A stretch of DNA of 64,000 nt, taken from assembly GCF_009914755.1 (NCBI RefSeq), contig NC_060948.1; one strand, written 5' to 3'. The notes under the pieces were generated by a model that searched no databases, was not told the DNA's origin, and saw only the letters and a list, made by a program, of their open reading frames with translations. Below, piece by piece: positions 52,231 to 64,000 of the stretch. The position numbers were made by a program, and so were the translations under genes. The stretch comes from the human T2T-CHM13v2.0 reference genome, Homo sapiens. How positions within the stretch are numbered: position 1 is the stretch's first letter; each line of letters begins with the position of its first letter.

Positions 52231-55200
52231 CTGCAATGCCCGTTGCTCCCAACTGAGCTGACTAGAATCTGCATACAGTTCAGTAGTAACACACTTGAGT
52301 CGGTCAGCCATGCAACCTGCTGAGGTGGTGACTCTCTTTACCAGGTTAGATGGCTTTGGTTTCAGAAGTTTGCCATCACTTGATTTGGCCTCATTGGCTC
52401 CATCTTTGGTGTAAGTAGAGATTATGTCCATACTTAGTGGGGCACTGCCAAGGCAATATGGTTTGGGATACTCTTGGATTTTACCAAAAGTTACAGCATG
52501 ACCATCACTCACTAGAGTTGGCTCCAGGAATGATGTTGAAACTGGCATCCCTATGTTCTCTTTGTTGGCTGGAGTCCGTTTGAGAGCATAAGCTTCATGC
52601 AAGTCACCAATGTGCCCCAACTCCTCTCTTAGCATGATAAAATCACCATGCTGCTGCAGGGATGCCTTGACAATTGGGGGCTTGGCAGGCTTGGCATTCT
52701 GACCAATATTTTTCACTGTAAAGCATGGTTTGGACATGTTTGCCTCAGTTTTGGCATCTGGTTCTTCTTGGAGAAGGTCTATGTAAACAATCTTTTTATT
52801 TCTGCTAACAGTCTTCCCTTGGTTCCAGCTGAGGTTTAGTTTTAGATTGTCAGTGTGGACTTCTGGATGAAACTCTGTACTGCCAGCTTCCAACATCTCA
52901 GAAAATTGATTCTGGACAGTTGGGTCTTTGTGGCAGGCTCTTTCATGGGAATGGGATCTTTCTCTGGTTTCTCCTCTTTTTTCTCTTTGTTGGTTGGAGT
53001 CTGTTTGATAGTATAAGGTTCATGAAAGTCATCAATGTGCCCCAACTTCTCTCTTAGGGTGATGAAATCACCATGCTGCTGCAGGTATGGCTTGACAATT
53101 GGGGGACTGGCAGGGTCAGCATTCTGGCCAACACTTTTCATTATGAAGCTGGGTTTGGACACATTTGCATCAGTTTTAGCATCTGTTTTTTCTTGGAGAT
53201 GGTCTACATAAACAACCTTATCACTTCTGATAATAATCTTACCTTGATTCCAGCTGGGGTTCAGTTTTAGACTGTCATTGGGGACTTCTGGATGAAACGC
53301 TGTACTGCTAGCTTCCAGCATCTCAGAAAACTGATTCTGGAGAGTTGGGTCTTTGCGGCAGGCTCTTTCTTGGGAATGTGACCTCCTCTCTGGTTTCTCC
53401 TTTTTGGTGATCTCTATGGGCCTGTGTGTTATCAACATGGGTTGCACCATGCCAAATCCCAGGGCATCTTGGTAGATCAGAAACTCTGGATGGCCCATGG
53501 GCACCACATAAGGCAGTCTAGGCTTTGAGGCAAGACACCCCAGAAAGAGACTGTTGTTGGGCAACAAAACTGGATGAGGGTAGACAGGCCCTTTGTCATG
53601 TAAGGAGAAGGGTCTTATAGCAGTGGCCTTAGGTACTGGGTAAGGAAAGTAACTTCTGGGGTGGGAAATTGATGGGGGCCTGAAAGCCTCATTTGGAGGT
53701 AGAAATAGGGGGCTTGGTTGAAGGCCATTCTTATTTGCTTTGAAACTCAGTTCTGGGCTGCTGGCTTTGGCAACCTTGCTGCTAGTGCTGCTGCTTTGCT
53801 TGACAGGCACGGTTGGAGGTTGGCCCACTTGCTGAATGATGGATGATGTGGTATCCACAGAGCTCCTGTTGGTCCTAGTGCCATCTGCCCTATGTGGGGT
53901 TGGGGACTGGTAATATAGAGTTAATATAGAGGTGGGGTGGCCTGCACAGGACACTGACCCCAAAACATTAGGGATCATAGTTCCTTTGCCATTCATGCAA
54001 AGGTAAAAAGAACTTTGCTGTTGTATTATCATCCAGTCCATCACCTTGTTTTTCAACATGCTTTCACCATTGTTCTCTTCATTAGTTCTTGGCCTGGGTA
54101 CTACCCAGGATGATGGATCAGTGCTAATAAATTCAGATCTATAGATAGCACAGCCATTTCTTAGAGAAGATATCTCTTTCAGAATCTCACTTCTGGAGAG
54201 CACTAAGCCACTTCCAGCCATGCTGTGAACCAGGCCCATGGAAGCCATCTTTTTCATGTGATCAGCTTTGGAAGCATCTACCTCCACCACTTTAGAAGAC
54301 AACTCTACTGGCTTATTTGAGATGCTTTTGGTAATACTCTGCTTCTCTAACAGAGGAGGTGAGACACCATCTTTCCTGTCTTGAGCCACTGTCTTCCAGG
54401 TGTACATGGGGACTGGCTGAGCACTCTCACCCACTTCCAGGGTCTCAGGATATTTGCTATTGGAGAGCCTCGCTGTGGGGAACTCACTGCCCATCATGTT
54501 TGCCTTTGACAGTGTCACTGAAGGAGCGGTAGAGATCCTGGCATAATGCTCATGGAACTCAGAGAATATGTCTGCAACAGCCTGGGTGGGAAGGTGGACC
54601 TGGGGTGAGGGCTGAGGGGAGGCACAGAACACGAGAGTTGTATCGCCTGGAAAGCCACTAGCAACTGCCTTGGCAAATGGCACCCTGGTTGTTTCCTGTT
54701 CTGAATATGAGGATAGGTGTGGGAATTGATGGCGTTCCGGGGACTGATGGCCATCCTCCGTGGTACGCTTTTGTCTGCACAGCGGAAGAGAGGTGGAATG
54801 GCTGAGATGGCCAAAGCTGTTGAAAGCCTCATGGGTGATGCCAAGGACAATGGGATGTGGGGACTGAAATAGCAAGGTGATGGCAGGTAGGAAAATTGCT
54901 TCCTATTTCTGTTTCCTGGAAAACATAGCAGCTGGGCCAAGTTGGAGGACTGCTGAGGTAGCCAGAACATGTTCTGTGAATACATATTTGGAAAATCAAG
55001 GGAAGGATGGATGGCTGGTGTGGCACTCTCCATGTAAGGATTGACCCAGGGTAGCTGCAGGTAATGAGCATCATAGATGTTGCAAGGCCTATGATTGTGG
55101 CTGGTAGGCCTGTCCAAGCCAAGTGTTTCTGCTGTGCTGAAAGCATTTTGTATTCCAGGCGGTGTTTTACATACAGCAGTGAAGCAATCTGGGGGTTTTT

Positions 55201-55448
55201 CAGAGACAGCAAAATCTTCCACTATCTCAGGTATATTTAGTTTGAACTGCATCTATGGATTTATTTCTGAAGAAAACCCAAGGCCACCTACAGTGTTCAT
55301 GGTAACCTCATGATCTTGCTTGGAGTTCATTCTGCTCAAACTAGAAAGACAGTGTTTCTGGGGAACAGGAGCCCTTCCTGTTTCAGGCCTGTGTGGTCCA
55401 TGATCAGTGCTTCCAGGCCGTCAATCTGATAAGCCAATTTGCATCCAC
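52231..55448 (-). pseudogene. BCORP1: BCOR exon 4 equivalent (3218 bp, enlarged by an internal duplication)
   Basis: Acceptor CCAAG/GTGGATGCA (VDA) through ...[25 protein letters not shown]. ORFs 54515-55252, 52842-54875 and 52180-52896 are successive BCOR frames. Frameshifts near 55437, 55348, 54688 and 52960, and TAG at 55253-55255. Confidence 0.97.
52556..53406. repeat. Tandem duplication, 425 + 426 bp units
   Basis: 52556-52980 aligns to 52981-53406. Manual count: 55 mismatches and no gaps over the first 385 bp. Confidence 0.97.
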
Positions 55449-55954
55449 CTTGGCAGAGCAACAACATAGATGTTACTTGGGACACTCCTTCAAAACAGCA
55501 GTAGCAGTACATAAGAGAAACTGCCAAGTAGTTCAATATGACATCAGCCTAACATCTGAGCAGAAGGGGTTAAAGATAAAGTAAGAAATATAGTATCTGC
55601 GTGAACTGCTTTTTTCCCTTATGCAGACTCCTTCTTAGGGCATTGTGCTGCCTGTTTTCTTCACACCTCTGTTAAACTATAATTCTAAAAGCATAAAACA
55701 ATGATCCTTTCAGATTTAAAGGATATTAAGTTGTCTATTCACTCTGGAAATTTTGCCTCCTCAGCAAAAATTGTTTGCTGCAACTTAGAAGCTACCAACT
55801 CCAAAACTGTCAGCACCACCCTTACTGGGTAAAGAACTCACACTAACCCTCCCAAGGCCTGTTAAGGTTTAGATAAGATGAGTATTCACTTAGTTTTTCT
55901 TGAGTGTAGGAAGACATTTTTAACAGAATAAGCAACCTTCAGTGGACGACAAAA

Positions 55955-56010
55955 ACTCTAGCCTGGGCAACACAGTGAGACCCTGTCTCAAAAAAATAAA
56001 AATAAAAATA
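55955..56010 (+). mobile_element. Short Alu 3' fragment
   Basis: CTCTAGCCTGGGCAACACAGTGAGACCCTGTCTCAAAAAAA. Confidence 0.8.
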
Positions 56011-56229
56011 TTTAAAAATTATAGGTGACACACAGTTTTATAACATAACCATCAGCTGCTATAGTCTGAACAGGAAGCTGCATATATGTGCCAGGCTGCT
56101 ATGTTTGTCTTGGGGCTTGTTTTCAAAAGTATGTAAAATATTTGGTGCCATCTTTCAAATCCCAATATGCAGCAGAAAAAATTGCAGCATTTCCCTGAAG
56201 AGCACCTTTAATTATTTACTGCTTAGACA

Positions 56230-57860
56230 GAGAAGATGCTACAAGAAAAGAAAGTCACAGGCTAGTATTCCTGATGGACACATACATAAATTCTCAAAAA
56301 CTACTAGCAAACTTAATATAATAACACATTAAAAGATAGTTAACCATGATCAAATGGTATTCATCTCTGAGAAACAGTTTAACATACACAAAACCAATTA
56401 ATGTAACACATCACATTGAAAAAAAAAGAAGAAATGAAAAGTACATGATCATTGTAATATCAACTGCAAAAGCATTTGACAAAATTTGACACCCTTTCAT
56501 GGTAACTCTCAACAAGTTAAGAAGAGAGGAAATTTATAGGCTACATATGACAGATGCATAGCTACCATCAGATTCCATGGTGAAAGGTCAAAATTTTATC
56601 CTAAGAACAGAGACAAGACAAGGATGGCTACTCTTCACCACTTATTTTCATCATAGTACTGGAAGTCTTTGCCAGAATAATTAGACAGCAGATAGTAATA
56701 AACGGTATCCTAACAAGAAAGAAAGAAGTGAATTTATCTCTACTTGGAGATAACATGATCTTATATTTAGAAAACCCCAAAGACTGCACCAAAAGAAAAC
56801 CGCTGGAACAGATAAATAAATTCTATAAAGTTACAGGACCAAGAAAATATGTAAAAATCAATATCATTTCTGCATACCAACAAACTACTAAGAAGGAAAA
56901 ATAACACAATCTCATTTATAAAAGCAACAACAAAGAAATTTAAAACTTGGGTATAAATTTAATCAAGGATATAAAAGACATTTATAATGAAAACTACAAA
57001 AAAAGATCAAATAAACTTAAACACAAATAGATTTGTCCATAAAATAGAAGAATTAATACTGTGAAAATATCCATTCTACCCAAAGTATTTTAGAAACTCG
57101 ATGTTATCACCGTCAAAATTCCAAGGTCTCTTGTCACAGAAATAGAAAACACAAACATTAAATTTGAATGGAACTACAAAAGACGCTGAAAGACTAAAAC
57201 AACCTAAAACAAAAAGAACAAAGCTAGAGGCAGCATATTCCCTGATTACCAGACATATTACAAAGAAAATCTAACAGGAGCACATAGTACTAGCATAAAA
57301 ACTGACACATTCAACCAGTTAAGAATGATAGAAAACCCAAAAATTACTCAAACATTTATGTTCAATTTTTTTTTTCCAAAGGTGCAAGGAGTGCAGAATG
57401 GAAAAAGGACAGGTTCTTCAAACAATGGTGCTGGGAAAACTCAATATCCACATGCAGATGAATGAAATTAGACTGTTATCTTACACAATATACAAAAATC
57501 AACTCGAAATGAATGAAAGAAGCAAATATATAATCAAAAGCTGAAAAACTACCAGAAATCTCAACAATATCAAACTAGGTAACAACTTTTTTGATATCAC
57601 CCCAAAAGCACAGGCAACAAAAGTAAAAATAATCAAATTAAATGGCATTAGACTGCAAAGCTTCTGTGTAGCAAAGGAAAAAAGAAAGGGAAGAAACACC
57701 CCATTGAGTAAGAGAACATATTTGCAAACTGTATATCTTACAAGCCATTAATTTCAAATTTACAAGTAACTCAACTGGATAACAATAAAACAATGTGAAA
57801 GTGGGCAAAGAATATGAACAGTCAGTTATTAAAAGAAGACATTCAATTAGTTGATAGGTC
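56230..57860 (+). mobile_element. Old L1M ORF2 fragment
   Basis: AAAAGCATTTGACAAAATT, CATGATCTTATATTTAGAAAACCC and TGGTGCTGGGAAAAC. Confidence 0.85.
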
Positions 57861-59159
57861 TATAGTCTTTCATACTGCCATGGAGACACCAAGATAACAA
57901 TGATATATGCACCAAACTTTACTCTGCAGACTCATTAAGAAGCTGCAGCACCCAGTCAAATGTATTGTCGAGAAATACTGCAACCAAAAACAGTAGCCAA
58001 GTCCATGATATTTTGCTCATCTTTATCCCTTCCTCTATCTGGTATAGTGAGGAATAATCAGAGTAAACCTTCTAATTCTCAGCTCGTCCCTCAGCATACA
58101 GCAACCCCTCCTTGCTGCCAACATTGTTCTGTCTTATTTTCAGGATGCCTGAGAAACTGGTTTCTATCTCACTTGAATCCGAAGTGCTGAAAGAAACTGT
58201 AGCATCATTTGTATACCAGGATGCACTATGCTGAAAACATGAGCACATCAGAGCAACAATGAGTCTGCAATGTCAGAGGCAGGAACCAGAGGAAGTAAGA
58301 AATGGTGGGCAGATGAATACCAAGACCAGATTGAAACCAAAACCAAATCACCTGAGAAATAGCATGGATGATCCTCTAATGGAAATTAAGACAGTTAAAT
58401 CAACTATACGTGTTAAAATAAAAGCACATACAGACAAGAGGCATCCCAAGAAAGGTACTGAGAAGTCCCAGAACCTCTATCTGGGGTGACTAGAAAAGAT
58501 CTTCCCCTCAATGAAGCCAGTACATAAAATGGAGGGGTGGCTGTTTCTCAAATGCCAAAATCCCAAGAAAGATTGAGAGACATGCAAGTAACATGGAAAC
58601 ATGGCCTAATGGCCAAATCCAAAAACAAAGTACATCACTGGAAACTGAACCTAAAGAAACTGAGATCACACAATTTCCACACAAAGGTTTAAAATAACTG
58701 TCTTAATTGTTCATTGAGAAAACAAAACAAAGACAGGCAACTAAATGAAATAAGAAAAATAGTACATGAACAAAAATGAGACTATCAAGAGAAATAGAAA
58801 CGATTTTCAAAAAAAAATTTTTTTTACAGCTGAAAAACAAAGTACTGAAATTAAAAACTCACCAGAAGACTTTGATGAGGTATGGGAAAGAATCAGTAAA
58901 CTTTAAGATAGTTTATTTGAAATTATTGAGTTACAAGAGAAAACAAAAGAATAAATATACATATCAATATACATATTATGAGAGTCACATAAAAGGAAGA
59001 GTAAGAGAGAGGCAGAAAACATTATTGGAAGAATACGACTAAAATCTTTCCAAATTCCGAGAAAAAAAGACATACAAATTTGAAAACAACAAATTCCACT
59101 AAGAATTTAAAAACACCCATACCAAGATATACTATGATAAATTGTTTTTCTATGGGGGT

Positions 59160-59428
59160 TTTTTGTTCTCCAGTTTGGAGGGCAGTGGTGCAATCTAAGC
59201 TCACCGCAACCTCTACCTTCAAAGTTCATGCAATTATCCCATCTTAGCTTCCTGAATAGCTGGGATTACAGGCAACTGCCAACACACCCAGCTAATTTTT
59301 TGTGTTTTCAGTAGATATGGGAATTTGCCATGTGGTCCAGGCTGGTCTTGAACTCCTGGGCTAAAGTGATCCATCTGCCTCGGCCTCCCAAAGTGCTGGG
59401 ATTACAGGTGTGAGCCACAGTGCAGACC
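59160..59428 (-). mobile_element. AluJ
   Basis: Reverse Alu ending CCTCCCAAAGTGCTGGGATTACAGGTGTGAGCCAC. Confidence 0.88.
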
Positions 59429-59912
59429 CAATCAAGCTGTTGATTTCTAAAGAAAAAGAGAAAATCTTGCCACATACCAGGAAGCTTCTATAAAATTACC
59501 AGTGAATTTCTAAGCAGAAACCTTGAAGGCCAGAAGGCAGTGAGAAATTTAGTGAAAAGAAAACCTGTCAATTAAGATTACATATATACACATACATATA
59601 TATGGCAAACATTCCTTAAAAATGAAGTAGAAATGAAGACTTTCCCAGATAAACAAAACTTGAAGGCATTTATTCCCACCAGACCTCCGTCACAAGAAAT
59701 GCTAAAGAAAGTATTTCAAAGAAAGAATGCTAAACAGCAATAGGAAGCCTTATAAGACATAAAATTATCTGATAAGGTAAATATATGGTCAAATATAGAG
59801 TCCTGTATTTTGAAAGATTGATGACAAATAATACTTTTAAAAGCATTAAAAGACAAAAGCCTTAAAAAATTATACATCCATACATCTGTGTACATGCCAT
59901 ATAAAGATTTAA

Positions 59913-60035
59913 GTGGGGTGCAGTGGCATGTGCCTGTAGTCCTAGCTACTTGAGAGGCTGAAACAGAAAGACTGCTGAGGTTAGGAGTTCAAATATAGCC
60001 AAGGCAATATACAAGATCCCACAATTTTTTTAATA
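59913..60035 (+). mobile_element. Alu monomer (FLAM-like)
   Basis: GTGGCATGTGCCTGTAGTCCTAGCTACTTGAGAGGCTGA...AGGAGTTCAA. Confidence 0.75.
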
Positions 60036-60212
60036 AAAGATGTTATTTGCAATATCAGTAACAGAAAGTTGGAGGGAAACAAAGCTGTAAACATGCAGTT
60101 TTCATTTGTAGTTGAATTCAATATCAATTTAAAATAGATTATTGCAAGTGTAAGATGTTCTATGTAATCCCCATGTTAACTGTAAAGAAATCTCTACAAA
60201 ATACAGGCAAAA

Positions 60213-60530
<318 letters not shown>

Positions 60531-61275
60531 TGCAAAAGGAATGAGAAGAGAATGTCACTAGCAAAAAAATCAAAACACAAAGGAAGACACTAAGAGTGAA
60601 GACAAGGGAACAAAAAGCTCAACACACATAAAAACAATAAACAAAATGGCAGCAATATGTAGGTCCTTCTCTACCAGTAACTACTTTAGATAAATGAATT
60701 AAGTTTCTTAATTTAAAAAAAGACAAATGGACTAAATGCATAAAACACGGGATCCACAAAGAGACTGATTTAGAGTCTTTAGGACATGATGCTAAAAGTG
60801 AATGAGTGGAAAAAGATACTACATGCAAATGGTAACCAAAAGAGAGCAGGGGTGGTTACATTAATATAATGAGTATATTGCAAACTTATGGAATGCAGCA
60901 AAAGTTGTGCTAACAGGAAAGTTAATAGCTGTAAACACTTACAATAAAAAAGAAGGCATCTCAAATCAACAACTTAATTTTACAGCGCAAGTGCAAGAGG
61001 AATACCAAAGTCAACCTAACACTAGTAGAGAGAAGAATAAATGAAAATTAGAGCAGAAATAAAGGAAACAGAAAATAGAAAAACAATACAAAAAAAAATA
61101 AACCAAACTAACAGGTGGCGATTGTTTTGAACACATCAAGAAAACTGACAAAACTTTAGGTAGATATTTTTAAAAAGGGAATAGATTCAAGTAACTAATG
61201 TCAGATTCAAATAACTAATAGATTCAAATAACTAATATCAGATGAAAAGGGGACATTACAACTGATGCCATAGAT

Positions 61276-61616
61276 CAGCAACCCCTACCGTTTTTGCATC
61301 AGACAATAGGTTTAGTGGAAAACAATTTTTCCACAGACAGAGGAGGGTGATGGTATGATTTCTGGATGAAACTGTTACATCTTAGATCATCATGCACTAC
61401 ATTATCAGAAGGAGCACACAGTCTAGATCCCTTGCATGCACTGTTCACAAGCAAGTTTGCACTCTTATGAGAATCTAATGCCACTGCTGATCTGACAAGA
61501 GGTGGAGCTTAGACAGTAATGCTGGCTCACCAACCTCTCACCTCCTCCTGTGTGGCCTAGTTCCTAACAGCCTACGGATTGGAATGGCTCCATTGCCAAG
61601 GGATTGAGGACCCCTG
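61276..61616 (+). mobile_element. MER1B-like hAT-Charlie MITE
   Basis: 341 bp, CAG...GGACCCCTG termini, internal TATGAGAATCTAATGCCACTGCTGATCTGACA. 8-bp TSD CCATAGAT/CCATAGAG. Confidence 0.9.
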
Positions 61617-63430
61617 CCATAGAGGTAAAAAGGAGTGTAAGAGAAAACTGTGAAAATTGTACACCAAAAAACTAGATAATCTAGAAAATATAAGTAAATT
61701 ACTATAAACATACAACCTAATAAAAATAAAATATAAAGAATGATAAAATCTGAAGAATCTTACAGTAAAAAGACTGAATCAGAAATCAAAAACCTTCAAA
61801 AAAGAAAAGCTCAGGATCAGAAACCTTCACTGTAGAATTCTACTTAACAAAGAATTAACACCTAAAACTCTTGCAAAAAAAAGTAAAGAGAAGAAAGAGT
61901 TCCACATTCATTGTTTGAAGATTTATACATTCATTCATTCCATACTGCCCAGATAGTAACACTAAAGAAAAGACTTAAGAAGAAAACTATAGGCCAGTAT
62001 AACATTTAAGTGAAAATCCTCAACAAAACACTAGCAACAATTCAACAGAACATTGAAAGCATTATACACCATGACCAAATTATGTAGGGTTTACACCTAC
62101 ATAAATACAAGGACATGCAAGAACATGAATAAATGCAAGGAATGCAAGGATAGTTCAACACCTGAAAATCAATCAATAAAATGCATTCTCACTAAGAGAA
62201 TGAAGAGGGAACATAAACTATCAACTCCATTTATACAAAAAAGGCATTTGCAAAAATTAACTCCATTTTGTGATATAAAAAAATGCTCAGCAGACTTGAA
62301 ATATAAGAAAACTACCTTAACAAATGTCACATATGAAAAATCTAGAGCTATCGTCATACTCAACAGCAAATGATGAAAAGCTTTTCCTCTAAGACCAACT
62401 ACAAGATGAGGATACTTGCTCTAGACTCTTTTAGTCAACATGATACTACAAGTCTTAGCCAGAGCAAATAAGCAGAAATAGTAATAAAATAGAAAGCATC
62501 CAAACTGGAAAAGAAGGAGTAAAAATATCTGTCTCTTCAGATCATATGATTCTATATATAGAAAACCTGAAAGATTCCACTGGTGGAAAACAAACAAATA
62601 AAAAAACCTGTTAAAACTAATAAATTAATTCAGCAAAGTTACAGAACGCAGAGCAATCAAGTTGTGTTTTGTAAGCTTACAATAAAACATACAAAAACAG
62701 CTGACAAAAATTCCATTCATAAGAAAATTTTACAAATAGTAACTTGGCATATTGAAACAAGAAATCATTGCTGAAAAAAATTTAATATACAAATAAAGAG
62801 AAAGACATCCTGTGTTCATAAATTGGAAGACCTAGTATTGTTAAAATGTCAATACTATCCATATTGACATACAGTACAACACTATCTTTCAGAATGTTAA
62901 CGGGTTTTTTTGCAGAAGCACAAAAACATATCCTAAAATAAATATGGAATCTTGGAAAACACTGAGTGGTAAAAACAAGCTTGAAAAAGAACCAAATTGG
63001 AGATCTCAAACTCCATGATACCAAAGCATATGACAAAGTTACAGAAACCAAAAAGTGTGGTGATGAACCAAAGAGAGAGAACAGAAACAAACCCTCAACT
63101 GTATGGTCAAAAGAATAAGAGTGACAAGACCACCCAGCATGGAAAGAAGAGGCCATTCAGCAAGTGGTGTTTAATAAACCTAGATACCCACATGCAAAAG
63201 AATAAACTTGACCCTTATACCATACACAAAAAGTAAATCAAGATTGATTAAAGACCTCATGTAAGTACTAAAGTCATGAAAGAAAGAAAAAAATCATAAA
63301 CAGAAAGGTTCATGACACTTAATTTGGCAGTGATTTCCTGGGTATGACCACAAAATCAAAAACAGAAAAACGGGATTGCATCAAACTAAAACGCCTCTGC
63401 ACAGTAAACAGTCAGCAGGTTAAAGGGATC

Positions 63431-63517
63431 CTAGTTTTTTGGTGTACAATTTTCACTGTTTTCTCTTACATTCCTTTTTACCTCTATGGCAAGGGTCCCC
63501 AATCCCTTGGCAATGGA
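63431..63517 (-). repeat. 87-bp inverted copy of 61589-61675
   Basis: The reverse complement matches at 83/87 with no gaps. Confidence 0.95.
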
Positions 63518-64000
63518 CCCTTTTACAAACCAAAAGGCTTTTAATTTGAATTAATACCCAATATATAAGGATTTCCAATCAATAGCAAAAAAATTGAAAA
63601 TGGGACTTTTAAAATGGAAAATAACTTAAATAACATTTCTCAAAAGAAGATATACAAGTGACCAATGGGTATAGGAACAATGTTCAACATCATTAATCAT
63701 CAGGAAAGGCAACATAATACCACCATGAGATACCATCTCACACCTGCTGCAATGGCTGTTACCAAAAAGACAAGAGATAAAATATATTGGCAAAGATGTA
63801 GAGAAAAGGAAATCCTTTTACACCACCAGTGAGAATACAAATTAGTACAGCTAGTATAGAAAACAGTATAAAGTTTCATCAAAACTTAAATATAGAACTG
63901 CCATATGATCCAGTAAATCTGCTTCACAGTATGTCTCCAAAGAAATTGAAATCAGTAGGTTGAAGAGACATCTCTTCTCTCATGTTCACTGCAGCATTAT

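Noticed and set aside
52556-53406. Assembly artefact, or an equivalent of the tumour BCOR-ITD
   Set aside because: The copies differ by about 14%, so they are old and real. Oncogenic ITDs affect the last exon (PUFD), not exon 4.
52842-54875. 677-aa ORF as an intact gene
   Set aside because: It starts at a non-ATG codon in a non-BCOR frame, is bounded by frameshifts, and belongs to a gene with many downstream lesions.

Overview
This is repeat-dense, AT-rich human Y-chromosome DNA. Two things identify it. The minus strand carries the unprocessed, X-degenerate BCOR pseudogene (BCORP1; homologues of BCOR exons 4-10 and 12-15 at about 26.0-55.4 kb). The compound Y-STR DYS452 lies in its last intron (28 units here). 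There is no intact protein-coding gene. The first 26 kb is a nested stack of L1s and four decayed ERV1-class proviruses, and 56-64 kb is old L1 carrying Alu and MER1 insertions. The most notable observations are: (i) an originally in-frame 426-bp tandem duplication inside BCOR exon 4, within a still largely open reading frame that keeps a recognisable BCL6-binding motif; (ii) apparent loss of ankyrin exon 11 at a young L1 insertion with no TSD, flanked by a 171-bp C-depleted tract resembling cytidine-deaminase hypermutation; (iii) a spliced 145/151-aa exon 8-9 ORF created by a dead splice donor; (iv) two templated insertions inside L1s. BCOR comparisons and repeat subfamily names come from recalled sequences, not from a search. 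I see no evidence of a wholly new biological system; the interest lies in how this gene decayed.
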